From Chrysomallon squamiferum (Eukaryota; Animalia; Mollusca), in contig CM022666.1 of NCBI GenBank assembly GCA_012295275.1, positions 10,044,001-10,108,000 of the forward strand: a stretch of 64,000 nucleotides of DNA, given 5' to 3'. Each line of letters starts with the position of its first letter. Positions within the stretch are counted from its first letter, which is position 1. Positions 11,400-26,300 of this stretch are shown in pieces. Made by a program: the position numbers and the translations under genes. Below the pieces are notes generated by a model. It searched no databases. It saw only the letters and a program-made list of their open reading frames with translations, and was not told the origin of the DNA.

Positions 11400-14300
11400 A
11401 GAATAAGTAAGTAAATAAATAGTAACCTAAGTAAGTACATTAACAATTAACAAACTATCTAACTAAAAAAAATTAAATTAAACTAAAAATAAATTAAAAT
11501 ATAATGACCTAAAGTAAGCAAAATATGCAAGTTTCTAAGTAAGTGAGAATGCAAGTAAAGTAAATTATCTAAACAAGTAATTAACAATTATCTAAGTAAT
11601 AAATAAATTAAGTAATTAAGTAAATAGTGACCTAAGTAAGCAAGGAAAGCAAGTAACTAAGTAAAATCAGAATGGAAGTCAGTACATTTACAATTATGTG
11701 AGTAAGAATGTAAGTAACTACTTAACTAATGTCATAAGTTTAAGTTAAGGGGAGCCAGTAAGTTAGTAAATAGTAACCTAAGTAACTACATTAACAATGA
11801 TCTAACTAAGAAACAAAGTAAAGTAAGTACGTAAATAAAATCTAAGATGGCAAGGAAGCGAGCAACTAAGAGAAAATGCAAATTTGTACATTAACAATTA
11901 TCTAAGTAAGAACGTAATTAAGTACGTAAATAATGACCTAAAAATTAAGCAAGTAAGATAATTAAGTACGTAAATAATGACCTAAAGTAAGCAAGGATGC
12001 AAGTTACTAAGTTAGTGAGAATGCAAGTTAGTACGTTAACAATTATCTAAGTAAGAAATAAATTTAGTACTTACGTAAATAGTGAGCTAAATAAGGAAGG
12101 AAACAAGTAACTAAGTAAGTAAGAGAATGCTAGTCCATTACATTAACAATTATGTGAGTAAGAATGTGAGTAAGTGTTTAACTAGTGACCTAAGTTAGCG
12201 AGGAAGAGAATAAAGTAAGTAAATAAATAAACCTAAGTAAGTACATTAACAATTATCTAACTAAGAAATAAATTAAATAAAAGTAAATAAATAATAAATA
12301 ATAACATAAGTAAGCAAAAAATGCAAGTTTCTAAGTAAGTGAGAATGCAAGTAAGTACATTAACAATTATCTAAGTAATAAATAAATTAAGTAATTAAAA
12401 TAAATAGTGACCTAAGTAAGCAAAGGAAGCAAGTAACTAAGTAAAAATCAGAATGGAAGTCAGTACATTTACAATTATGTGAGTAAGAATGTAAGTAACT
12501 ACTTAACTAATGTCATAAGTTAGCAAGGGAGCCAGTAAGTTAGTAAATAGTAACCTAAGTAACTACATTAACAATGATCTAACTAATCTAACAAAATGAA
12601 AAAAAAAACAAAGTAAATAATGATCTAAGATGGCAAGGAAGCGAGCAACTAAGAAAAATGCAAATTTGTACATTAACAATTATCTAAGTAAGAACGTAAT
12701 TAAGTACGTAAATAATGACCTAAGTAAGCAAGGATGCAAGTTACTAAGTTAGTGAGAATGCAAGTTAGTACGTTAACAATTATCTAAGTAAGAAATAAAT
12801 TTAAGTACTTACGTAAAATAGTGAGCTAAATAAATAAAAAGGAAACAAAATAACTAAGTAAGTGAGAATGCTAGTCATTACATTAACAATTATGTGAGTA
12901 AGAATGTGAGTAAGTGTTTAACTAGTGAAGTGTAAGTTAGTAATTAGGAAGAAATAAGTTAAGTAAATAAAAGTAGTAAGTAAGTAGTATTAACAATTAT
13001 CTAACTAAAGAAATAAATTAAGTAAATAAAAAGTAAATAAATTAAGACAAAAATAAATAAGTAAGTAATAATGCAAAGTTTCTAAGTTTCTAAGTTTCTA
13101 AGAATGCAAATGCAAGTAATTAACATTAACAATTATCTAAGTAATAAATAAATTAAGTAATTAAGTAAATAGTGACCTAAGTAAGCAAGGAAGCAAGTAA
13201 CTAAGTAAAATCAGAATGGAAGTCAGTACATTTACAATTATGTGAGTAAGAATGTAAGTAACTACTTAACTAATGTCATAAGTTAGCAAGGGAGCCAGTA
13301 AGTTAAGTAAATAGTAACCTAAGTAAGTACATTAACAATTATCTAACTAAGAAACAAAGTAAAAAGTAAATAAATAAATAAATAATCTAAGAAACAAGGA
13401 AGCTAAGCAACTAAGAGAAAATGCAAATTTGTACATTAACAATTATCTAAGTAAGAACGTAATTAAGTACGTAACTTAAAAAAGTAAAAATAAAATAATG
13501 ACCTAAAAATAAGCAAGGATGCAAGTTACTAAGTTAGTGAGAATGCAAGTTAAGTAAGTTAACAATTATCTAAGTAAGAAATAAATTTAAGTAAATGCAA
13601 TTATACGTAAATAAATAAATTTAGTACTTACGTAAATAAGGAAGGAAACAAGTAACTAACTAAGTAAGTGAGAATGCTAGTCATTACATTAACAATTATG
13701 TGAGTAAGAATGTGAGTAAGTGTTTAACTAGTGACCTAAGTTAGCGAGGAAGAGAATAAGTAAGTAAATAAATAGTAACCTAAGTAAGTAATTAACAATT
13801 ATCTAACTAAGAAATAAATTAAGTAAATAATAAATAATAATAAAATAAAAAAAAGAAGTGCAAATAATGTTTCTAAGTAAGAAAGTTTCTAAGTGAGAAT
13901 GTAAGTAATACATTAACAATTATCTAAATTAATAAATAAATAAATTAATTAAAATAAAATAATGACCCTAAAAAAAGCAAGGAAAAAAGTAACTAAAAAA
14001 AAATCAGAATGGAAGTCAGTACATTTACAATTATGTGAGTAAGAATGTAAGTAACTACTTAACTAATGTCATAAGTTAGCAAGGGAGCCAGTAAGTTAGT
14101 AAATAGTAACCTAAGTAACTACATTAACAATTATCTAACTAAGAAACAAAGTAAGTAAAGTAAGTAAAAAAATGATCTAAGATGGCAAGGAAGCGAGCAA
14201 CTAAGAGAAAATGCAAATTTGTACATTAACAATTATCTAAGTAAGAACGTAATTAAGTACGTAAATAATGACCTAAGTAAGCAAGGATGCAAGTTAAGTA

Positions 14301-17300
14301 AGTTAGTGAGAATGCAAGTTAGTACGTTAACAATTATCTAAGTAAGAAAATAAATTTAGTACTTACGTAAATAATGAGCTAAATAAATAAGGAAAAAAGT
14401 AAATAAGTAAATAAATGAGAGTAAATAACAAGTAACAATTAACTGTGAGTAAGAAAGTCATGTGTGAGTAAGTGTTTAACTAGTGACCTAAGTTAGTGAG
14501 GAAGAAGAATAAAACTAGTAAATAGTAACCTAAGTAAGTAATTAACAATTAACTAACTAAGAAATAAATTAAGTAAGTAAGTAAATAAATGACCTAAAAA
14601 GTAATAAATTAAGTAAGTAAGTATTAAAGTAAACTAAGTAAGACATAATGCAATGCAAGTTTCTAAAGTAAGTGAGAATGCAAGTAAGTAACAATTAACA
14701 ATTATCTAAGTAATAAATAAAATAAGTAATTAAAAATAGTGACCTAAGTAAGCAAGGAAGCAAGTAACTAAGTAAATCAGAATGGAAGTCAGTACATTTA
14801 CAATTATGTGAGTAAGAATGTAAGTAACTACTTAACTAATGTCATAAGTTAGCAAGGGAGCCAGTAAGTTAGTAAATAGTAACCTAAGTAACTAACATTA
14901 ACAATGATCTAACTAAGAAACAAAAAAGTAAAAAAAATAAATAATGATCTAAGATGGCAAGGAAGCGAAGAACTAAGAAAAATGCAAATTTGTACATTAA
15001 CAATTATCTAAGTAAGAACAGTAATTAAGTACGTAAAAATAATGACCTAAGTAAGCAAGGATGCAAGTTACTAAGTTAAATAAGAATGCAAGTTAGTAAG
15101 TTAGTAAATTAACAATTATCTAAGTAAGTTAAAGTTAATTTAGTATTACGTAAATATTATCTAAAGTAAAAATAAATTTAGTAAATTAAAATAGTAAGCT
15201 AAATAAGGAAATAACAAGAAACAAGTAACTAAGTAAGTGCTAGTCATTACATTAACAATTATGTGAGTAAGAATGTGAGTAAGTGTTTAACTAGTGACCT
15301 AAGTTAGCGAGGAAGAGAATAAGTAAGTAAATAGTAAACTAAGTAAGTACATTAACAATTATCTAACTAAGAAATAAATTAAAATTAAGTAAATAATGAC
15401 CTAAGTAAGCAAAATGCAAGTTTCTAAGTAAGTGAGAATAAAGTAAGTACATTAACAATTATCTAAGTAATAAATAAATTAAAGTAATAAATAAAATTAA
15501 AAAAAGTAAGTAAAAAAGTAAAAAAATAAGTAAATAAGAAAATGGAAGTCAGTACATTTACAATTATGTGAGTAAATATGTAAATCAGTAACTATTAACT
15601 AATGTGTGATAATGTAGTAACTACTTAACTAATGTCATAAGTTAGCCAAGTAAGTTAAGTAAATAGTAACCTAACCTAAACTACATTAACAATGATCTAA
15701 CTAAGAAACAAAAGAAAAAAAAAGTAAGTAAATAAATGAATAGTGACTAAGATGGCAAGGAAGCGAGCAACTAAGAGAAAATGCAAATTTGTACATTAAC
15801 AATTATCTAAGTAAGAACGTAATTAAGTAATTAAAATAAATAATGACCTAAGTAAGCAAGGATGCAAGTTACTAAGTTAAGGAGAATGCAAGTTAGTACG
15901 TTAACAATTATCTAAACAAAGAAATAAATTTAAGTTAATTTAAATTAAATAAATAAATGAAATAAGGAAGGAAACAAAATAACTAAGTAAGTGAGAATGC
16001 TAGTCATTACATTAACAATTATGTGAGTAAGAATGTGAGTAAGTGTTTAACTAGTGACCTAAGTTAGCGAGGAAAGAAATAAGTAAGTAAATAGTAACCT
16101 AAGTAAGTACATTAACAATTATCTAACTAAAAATAAAAATTAAATAAATAAATAAAAATAAATAAATAAAAAAGTAATAAATAAGTATAAAGTTCTAAGT
16201 AAAATGAGAATGCAAGTAAGCAAGTAATTAAAGAGAATGCAAGTAAGTATCTAACAATTATCTAAATAATAAATAAATTAAGTAATTACGTAAATAGTGA
16301 CCTAAGTAAGCAAGGAAGCAAGTAACTAAGTAAATCAGAATGGAAGTCAGTACATTTACAATTATGTGAGTAAGAATGTAAGTAACTACTTAACTAATGT
16401 CATAAGTTAGCAAGGGAGCCAGTAAGTTAGTAAATAGTAACCTAAGTAACTACATTAACAATTATCTAACTAAAAAACAAAGTAAAAAAAAACAAGTAAA
16501 AAAAAATGATCTAAGATGGCAAGGAAGCGAGCAACTAAGAAAAATGCAAATTTGTACATTAACAATTATCTAAGTAAAAGAACGTAATTAAAAAAAATAA
16601 TGAAAATTAAATAAAATTAAGGAATGCAAGTAAAGTAAAAATAAATAAAGTAAGTAAAGTAAGTAATAAATTACTAAGTAAAAGAAAGTTAGTAAGTTAA
16701 CTAAGTAAAAAATAGTACGTTAACAATTATCTAAAAAAATAAATTTAGAAGGTAAATAAATAAGTGAGCTAAATAAGGAAGAAAAAGTAACTAAGTAAGT
16801 AAGTGAGAATGCTAGTCATTACATTAACAATTATGTGAGTAAGAATGTGAGTAAGTGTTTAACTAGTGACCTAAGTTAGACCTAAGAGAATAAGTAAGTA
16901 AATAGTAACCTAAGTAAGTAAATAACAATTATCTAACTAAAAATAAATTAAAATAAATAAATAAAAAATAATGAATAAGTAAAAATAAGTATGCAAGTTT
17001 CTAAGTAAGTGAGAATGCAAGTAAGTAATTAACAATTATCTAAGTAATAAAATAAATAAAAGTAATAATAAAAAATAATAAATAAAAATAGTGAATAAAA
17101 AGGTAAGTAAGTAAGGAAGCAAGTAAAAATCAGAATGGAAGTCAGTAATTTACAATTATGTGAAATTAAGAATGTAAGTAACTAACTAACTAACTAATGT
17201 CATAAATGTTAGCAAGGGAGCCAGTAAGTTAGTAAATAGTAACCTAAAAACCTAATTAACAATGATCTAACTAAGAAACAAAAACTAAAACAAAGTACGT

Positions 17301-20300
17301 AAATAATGATCTAAGATGGCAAGGAAAGGCAACTAAGAGAAAATGCAAATTTGTACATTAACAATTATCTAAGTAAGAACGTAATTAAGTACGTAAATAA
17401 TGACCTAAGTAAGCAAGGATGCAAGTTACTAAGTTAGTGAGAATGCAAGTTAGTACGTTAACAATTATCTAAGTAAGAAATAAATTTAATAAATACGTAA
17501 ATAAATTTAGCTAAATAAATAGGAAGGAAAAAAGTAACTAAGTAAAGTAAGAATAAAGTCAAAAGTTAACAAAGTATGTAGTAAGAATGTGAGTAAGTGT
17601 TTAACTAGTGACCTAAGTTAATAGGAAGTAAGAATAAATAAATAAATAAGTAAAAGTAAGTAAGTTAACAATTAAATAACTAAGAAAAAATTAAATAAAG
17701 TAAAAATAAATTAACTAAGTAAAAATTAAGTAAGTAAGTTTAATGACCTAAGTAAGCAAGTATGCAAGTTTCTAATGCAAATGAAGTAAGTAATGCAAGT
17801 AATTAATTAATAAATAAATAAAATAAATTAAAATAAATTAAGTAATTAAAAAATAGTGACCTAAGTAAGCAAGGAAGCAAGTAACTAAGTAAATCAGAAT
17901 GGAAGTCAGTACATTTACAATTATGTGAGTAAGAATGTAAGTAACTACTTAACTAATGTCATAAGTTAGCAAGGGAGCCAGTAAGTTAGTAAATAGTAAC
18001 CTAAGTAACTACATTAACAATGATCTAACTAAGAAACAAAGTAAAAGTAAGTAACTAAATAAATAGTGAAAAGATGGCAAGGAAGCTAAATGGACTAAGA
18101 GAAAAAATGCAAATTTGTACATTAAAATTATCTAAGTAAGAACATAATTAAGTTAACAATTAAAAAATGACCTAAGTAAATAATGAAAAAATTAAGTAAA
18201 GTTACTAAGTTAGTGAAGTGCAAGTTAGAATGCAAGTTAAGTACGTTAAAATTATCTAAGTAAGAAATAAATTTAGTACTTACGTAAATAAATGAGCTAA
18301 ATAAGGAAGGAAACAAGTAACTAAGTAAGTAAGAAATGCTAGTCATTACATTAACAATTATGTAACAATTAAGTAAGAATGTGAGTAAGTGTTTAACTAG
18401 TGACCTAAGTTAGCGAGGAAGAGAATAAGTAAAAATAGTAACCTAAGTAAGTAATTAACAATTATCTAACTAAGAAATAAAATTAAGTAAAAGTAAAAAA
18501 ATAATGACATAAAATAAGCAAAAATAATGCAAAGTTTCTAAGTAAGTTTCTAAGTAAATGTAAGTAAGTAAGTAAGTAATTATCTAAGTAAAATAAATAA
18601 ATTAAAATTAAATAAAAAATAAATTAATTAAGTAAGCAAAGTAAAGCAAAGTAACTAAGTAAATCAAGAATGGAAGTAAGTAATTTACAATTATGTGATT
18701 TTAATTATGTGAGTAAATTAATTAAAGTAACTAATGTAACTAATGTCAAGTTAATTTAGGGAGCCAATAAGTTAGTAAATAAAGTAAAAAGTAAATAGTA
18801 ACCAGTAAGTTAAATAAATAGTAACCTAAGTAAAATTAAATGAACTAACTAAGTAAAAAAAGTAAATAATCTAAAGATGGCAAGAAGGAGATGCAACTAA
18901 GAGAAAAAAAAATTTGCAAATTTGTACATTAACAATTATCTAAGTAAGAACGTAATTAAGTACGTAAATAATGACCTAAGTAAGCAAGGATGCAAGTTAC
19001 TAAGTTAGTGAGAATGCAAGTTAGTACGTTAACAATTATCTAAGTAAGAAATAAATTTAGTACTTACGTAAATAGTGAGCTAAATAAGGAAGGAAACAAG
19101 TAACTAAATAAAAGTAAGAATGCTAAGTAATTACATTAACAATTATGTGAAAGAATGTGAACAAGTATTTAACTAATGACCTAAGTTAGTGAGGAAGAGT
19201 AAGTAAAGTAAATAGAACCTAAGTAAGTAATTAACAATTAAAGTAAGTAAATTAAAAATAAAGTAAGTAAATAAATAAACCTAAAAAGTAATTAAAAATT
19301 ATCTAAAAAAAAAAAGTAAAAAATAACACCTAAGTAAGCAAGTATGCAAGTTTCTTTCTAAAGAAAGCAAGTGCAAGTAAATTAACAAACATCTAAGTAA
19401 AGTATAAATAAATTAAATTAAATAAAATAAGTAACCTAAATATAGTGACTAAGTAAGCAAGCAGGAAGCAAGTAACTAAGTAAATCAGAATGGAAGTCAG
19501 TACATTTACAATTATGTGAGTAAGAATGTAAGTAACTAACTTAACTAATGTCATAAGTTAGCAAGGGAGCCAGTAAGTTAGTAAATAGTAACCTAAGTAA
19601 CTACATTAACAATAATCTAACTAAAACATTAACAAAGTAAAAAGTAAAAAAACAAATAGTGATCTAAGATGGCAAAGGAAGAGCAACTAAGAAAAAAATG
19701 AAAAAAAAGAATTAACAATTATCTAAATAAGAAAAAATTAAATTAAGTAAAAATAATGACCTAAAAAAAAGCAAAAGATGCAAGTAAAGTAAGTTAGTTA
19801 GAATGCAAGTTAGTTAGTAAGTTACAATTATCTAAGTAAGTAATAAATTTAATTAACAATAAAAAAATAAATAAGTAAAATAAAATAAGGAAATTTAGTA
19901 ACTAAATAAGTAAGCTAAATAAAGAAGGAAAGTAACTAAGTAAGTGATTAAGTCATTATTATTAACAATTAAATTATGTGAGTGAAGAATGTGAATGTTA
20001 AGTGTTTAACTAGTGACCTACCTAAGTTAGCGAGGAAGAGAATAAGTAAAATAAATAGTAACCTAAGTAAGTACATTAACAATTATCTAACTAAGAAAAA
20101 AAAAAATAATACATAAGTAAGTAAGTAAATAATAAGTAAGTAAGCAAGTTGCAAGTAAGTAAAGTAAGTTAAAGTAATAAATAAATTAAATAAAATTAAT
20201 TAAATAATAATAAAAATAAATTATAAGAAGTAAAAAATAAATAAAAAAATAAAGTAGTAAAACAATTATGTGAAAAGTAAGAATAAAGTAAAGTAAGTAA

Positions 20301-23300
20301 CTAATGTCAAAGTTAATAAAAAATTATGGAGTAAGATTAATAAATAAATAAATAAAAACTAAACTAAACAATAATAAACAACTAAGTAAAAAAAGTAAAA
20401 TAAAGTAAACTAAAAATAAAGTAGTAAAAAGTAAGGCAAAAAAAACTAAAAACTAACTAAGAAAAATGAACTAAAAACAAAAAGTAACGTAAATATCTAA
20501 GATGGCAAGGAAGCGAAATAACTAAGAGAAAATGCAAATTAACAATTATCTAAGTAAGAACGTAATTAAGTACGTAATAATAATGACCTAAGTAAGCAAG
20601 GATGCAAGTTACTAAGTTAGTGAGAATGCAAGTTAAGTACGTTAACAATTATCTAAGTAAGAAATAAATTTAGTAACGTAAATAATGAGCTAAATAAGGA
20701 AGGAAACAAGTAACTAAATAAAAGTAAATGCTAGTAAAAATTAACAATTATGTTAGTAAGAATGTGAGTAAGAGTTAACTAGTGACATTAAGTTACCTAA
20801 GAGAATTAAAGTAAATAGTAAGTAAGTAAGTAAAGTAAGTAATTAATAACTAAGTAAAGTAAATTAAGTAAGTAAATAAATAATAAATAAAAAAAAAATA
20901 TAAAAAAAATAAGTAAATAATAAAGTAAAATAAATAAGTAATTATCAAGTAAGTAAAAATAAAAGTAAAAATAATAAAAGTAAATTAAAGTAATAAGAAT
21001 AAAGTAAATAAAATTAAATTATCTAAGTAATAAAAATAAATAAAAATAAATAAATAAAAAGAAAGTAAGCAAGCAAGGAAGCAAGTAACTAAGTAAATCA
21101 GAATGGAAGTCAGTACATTTACAATTATGTGAGTAAGAATGTAAGTAACTACTTAACTAATGTCATAAGTTAGCAAGGGAGCCAGTAAGTTAGTAAATAG
21201 TAACCTAAGTAACTACATTAACAATATCTAACTAAGAAACAAAGTAAAAAGTAAGTAAAATAAATAGTGATCTAAGATGGCAAGGAAAGAAGCAACTAAG
21301 AGAAAATGCAAATTTGTACATTAACAATTATCTAAGTAAGAACGTAATTAATTAATTAAGTAATAAATAATGACCTAAGTAAGTAAGGATGCAAGTTAAG
21401 TAAGTTAGTGAGAATGCAAAGTTAAGTATGCAAGTTAGTTAAACAATTATCTAAGTAAGAAATAAATTTAGTACTTACGTAAATAGTGAGCTAAATAAGG
21501 AAGGAAACAAGTAACTAAGTAAGTAGAATGCTAAGTCATTACATTAACAATTAACAATTAAGAATGTGAGTAAATGTTTAACTAAGTGTTTAAGTTGACC
21601 TAACTAGTGAGAATAAAGTTAGAAGAAAAAAAAGTAAATAGTAACCTAAGTAAGTACATTAACAATTATCTAACTAAGAAATAAATTAAGTAAGTAAAAA
21701 AATAAATAATAAACATAAGTAAGCAAATGCAAGTTTCTAAGTAAGTGAGAATGCAAGTAAGTACATTAACAATTATCTAAGTAATAAATAAAATTAAGTA
21801 ATTAAGTAAAATAATAACCTAAGTAAGTAAAGTAAAGTAACTAAGTAAAATCAAATGGAAGTCAGTACATTTACAATTATGTGAATAAGAATGTAAATAA
21901 CTAACTAACTAATGTCATAAGTTAGCAAGGGAGCCAGTAAGTTAGTAAATAGTAAACCTAAGTAAGTAATTAACAATAACTAACTAAGAAACAAAGTAAA
22001 GTAAGTAAAATAGTGAAAAAAGATGTAAGTAAATAAATAATCTAAGATAACTAAGAGAAAATGCAAAATAAGAGAAAATAACAATTATCTAATTAACAAT
22101 TATCTAAGTAAGAAAGTAAGTAATTAATAATACGTAATGACCTAAGTAAGCAAGGATGCAAGTTACTAAGTTAGTGAGAATGCAAGTTAGTACGTTAACA
22201 ATTATCTAAGTAAATAAATAAATAAGTTAACACAATTATCTAAGTAAGAAATAAATTTAGTAATTAAAGTGAAATAAATAAGGAAGGAAACAAGTAACTA
22301 AGTAAGTTAAATGCAAGTCATTACATTAACAATTATGTGAATAAGAATGTGAGTAAGTGTTTAACTAGTGACCTAAGTTAGAGGAAGAGAAAAGTAAGTA
22401 AAAATAGTAACCTAAGTAAGTAAATTAACAATTATCTAACTAAAAATAAATTAAGTAAAAGTAAATAAAAATAATAACAAAATAAATAAGTAAAAATGCA
22501 AGTTTCTAAGTAAGTAGAATAATAATAAGTAAGTTAACAAAGTTAAGTAAGTAATAAAGTAAATTAACAATAATTAAATAAGTAATAAATAAATTAAATA
22601 ATAAATAAATAAGAAAGCAAAAGCAAAGGAAGCAAGTAACTAAGTAAATCAGAATGGAAGTCAGTACATTTACAATTATGTGAGTAAGAATGTAAGTAAC
22701 TACTTAACTAATGTCATAAGTTAGCAAGGGAGCCAGTAAGTTAGTAAATAGTAACCTAAGTAAGTAATTAACAATTATCTAACTAAGAAACAAAGTAAGT
22801 AAGTAACTAAGTAAAATAATGATCTAAGATGGCAAGGAAGCGAGCAACTAAGAGAAAATGCAAATTTGATAAAACAAAGGAAAAGCAAGAAAAAATTAAA
22901 ACAAAAAATAATAAAATAAGAAGGAATTAAAGTAACAAAATAATGACCTAAGTAAGAATGCAAGAAGTAAATAAAAGTTAAAATTAAGTAGTTAGAAAGT
23001 TAAAAGTTAATTAATTAAGTAAGTAAATAATAAATTTAGTATTTAAGTAAATAAATAATTTAGAAAAATAAAAATAAGTAAGTAAAAAATAGAAAAGTAA
23101 ACTAAGTAAGTAAATTAAAAGTAATTAATTAAGTTACAATATGTGAATGTGTTAATTAAGTAACAAGTAAGTAAGAATGTGAGTAAGTGTTTAACTAGTG
23201 ACCTAAGTTAGCGAGGAAAGAGAATAAGTAAGTAAAAGTAACCTAAGTAAGTACATTAACAATTATCTAACTAAGAAATAAATTAAGTAAAGAAAAAATA

Positions 23301-26300
23301 ATGACATAAGTAAGCAAATATGCAAGTTTCTAAGTAAGTGAGAATGCAAGTAAGTACATTAACAATTATCTAAGTAATAAAAAATTAAAATAATTAATAA
23401 ATAAATAATTACCTAAAATAAGCAAAATAAAAAGTAACTAAGTAAATAAGAAATGGAAAGTCAAGTATTTACAATTATGTGAGTAAGAATGTAAGTAACT
23501 ATTAACTAATGTCAAGAAATTTAGTAAGGGAGCCAGTAAGTAACAATAAACCTAAGTAAGTAAGTAAAACAATTATCTAACTAAGAAACAAAGTAAGTAA
23601 CAAATAAAAATAACTAATCTAAGATGGCAAATAAAGCTAAGAACTAAGAAAAAAAACAAAAAGAAATTAAATAAAGATGGCAAAGGAAGCAAGAACAAAA
23701 TGCAAATTTGTTAACACAATTATCTAAGTAAAACGTAATTAATTACGTAAATAATGACCTAAGTAAAGGATGATGCAAGTTACTAAGTTAGTGAGAATGC
23801 AAGTTAGTACGTTAACAATTATCTAAGTAAGAAATAAATTTAGTAATTACGTAAATAGTGAGCTAAATAAGGAAGGAAACAAGTAACTAAGTAAGTGAGA
23901 ATGCAAGTCATTACATTAACAATTATGTGAGTAAGAATGTGAGTAAGTGTTTAACTAGTGACCTAAGTTAACTGAGGAAGAGAATAAGTAAGTAAATAGT
24001 AACCTAAGTAAGTAAATTAACAATTAAGTAACTAAGTAAATAAAATAAGTAAAAATAAATAAAAATAACCTAAGTAAAATAAAATAATAAATTAAAATAT
24101 AAGTAAAAAGTAAGTAAGTAAAAATAAAAAGTAAAAAGTATGCAAGTTTCTAAGTAATGCAAAAAAAAATTAACAATTATCTAAGTAATAAAAAATAAAA
24201 TTAATTAATTAAAATAAATAAAAAAAATTAAAAAATAAGCCTAAGTAAGCAAGTAAGCAATCAAATGGAAGTCATGGATGGAAGTCAGTACATTTACAAT
24301 TATGTGAGTAAGAATGTAAGTAACTACTTAACTAATGTCATAAGTTAGCAAGGGAGCCAGTAAGTTAGTAAATAGTAACCTAAGTAACTACATTAACAAT
24401 TATCTAACTAAGAAACAAAGTAAAAAAAATAAGTAAATAAAAATAAGATGGCAAGAAGGCAAGGAAAAATGCAAAATTTGTACATTAACAATTATCTAAG
24501 TAAGAAATTTGTAAATAATAAATAATAATCTACAAAGTAAATAATAATGCAAGTAAACAAAGTAATTAATAAGTGAAATAATGACCTAAGTAAGTTAACA
24601 ATTATCTAAGTAAGAAAAAAAATTTAAGTAATTAAAATAAATAAATAAATAAGCTAAATAAATAAAGGAAACAAATAAAAGTAAGTAAATAAAATAAAAG
24701 TGAAAAAAAGAAATTAAGGAAATTAAGTTAAGTAGTCAATGTGAACAATTGTGTGTTAATTAACAATTAACTAAGTGTTTAACTATGTGAGTAAGTGTTT
24801 AACTAGTGACCTAAGTTAGCGAGGAGAGAGAATAAGTAAGTAAATAGTAAATAAGTAAACCTAAGTAAGTACATTAACAATTATCTAACTAAGAAATAAA
24901 AAGTTAAATTAAGTAAATAATAACAAGTAAGTAAGTAAGTAAGTGCAAGTTTCTAAGTAAGTGAAGAATGCAAGTAAAGTACATTAACAATTATCTAAGT
25001 AATAAATAAATTAAATAAATTAAATAAAAAATACCTAAAATAAATAGGAAGCAAGTAAATAAAATAAATAAAATGGAAGTCAGTAATTTACAATTATGTG
25101 AGTAAGAATGTAAATGTAACTAACTAACTAATTAATAATAAGTTAACAAGGGAGCCAGTAAGTTAGTAAATAAAAACCTAAGTAAGTACATTAACAATTA
25201 ACTAACTAAGTAAACAAAGTAAGTAAGTAAATAAATAATAATCTAAGATGGCAAAAGAAGCAAACAACAAGAAAAAATAAAAAAAAAAAAAGTAACAAAT
25301 TAATGATCTAAGATGGCAAATTAGCGAGCAACTAAGAAATAAAAATGCAAATTTGTACATTAACAATTATCTAAGTAAGAACGTAATTAAGTACGTAAAT
25401 AATGACCTAAGTAAGCAAGGATGCAAGTTACTAAGTTAGTGAGAATGCAAGTTAGTACGTTAAACAATTATCTAAGTAAGAAATAAATTTAGTAAAATAG
25501 TGAGCTAAATAAGGAAGGAAACAAAAAAGAAAAGTAAGTAAGAATGCTAGTCATTAATTAACAATTAACAATAAGAATGTGAGTAAATGTTTAATAAGTA
25601 TTGACCTAAGTTATTTGACCTAAATGAATAAGTAAGTAAATAGTAACCTAAGTAACCTAAGAAAAATAAAATATAAGTAATAAAAATTAAATAAAACTAA
25701 GTAAATAAATAAATAATAAATTAAAAAATAAATAAAAATAAAATAATTAAGTAAAGTAAGTGAAAAAAAGTAAGTAATTAACAATTATCTAAAGAATTAA
25801 ATAAAAGTAAAAATAATAAATAAAAAAAAATAAATAATTAAATTAAGTAAAAAAAGAAGTAACCTAAAAATAAAAAGTAAAGTAAAAGTGGAAGTCAGAA
25901 GTCAATTACAATTATTTACAATTATGTGAGTAAGAATGTAAGTAACTACTTAACTAATGTCATAAGTTAGCAAGGGAGCCAGTAAGTTAGTAAATAGTAA
26001 CCTAAGTAACTACATTAACAATGATCTAACTAAGAAACAAAGTAAGTAAGTAAAAATAAATAGATGATCTAAGATGGGAAGGAAGGAGCAACTAAGAGAA
26101 AAAAATAAAAATTTGTACATTAACAATTATCTAAGTAAGAACGTAATTAAATTACGTAAATAATGACCTAAATTATCTAAGTAAAGATGCAAGTTAAAGT
26201 AAAGTAAGAATTACAAGTTAGTACGTTAACAAACATCTAAATTAAGAAATAAATTTAGTACTTAAATAAATAGTGAGCTAAATAAAATAAGGAAACAAAA

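Noticed and set aside
18128-18346. 72-aa hydrophobic minus-strand ORF
   Set aside because: (CTTA)n translates as stop-free L-T-Y-L, so L/Y/F-rich ORFs arise by chance. It lies in error-degraded satellite.
22775-22963. 62-aa hydrophobic minus-strand ORF
   Set aside because: Same cause: a chance reading frame in degraded T-rich satellite sequence, dependent on non-recurrent changes.
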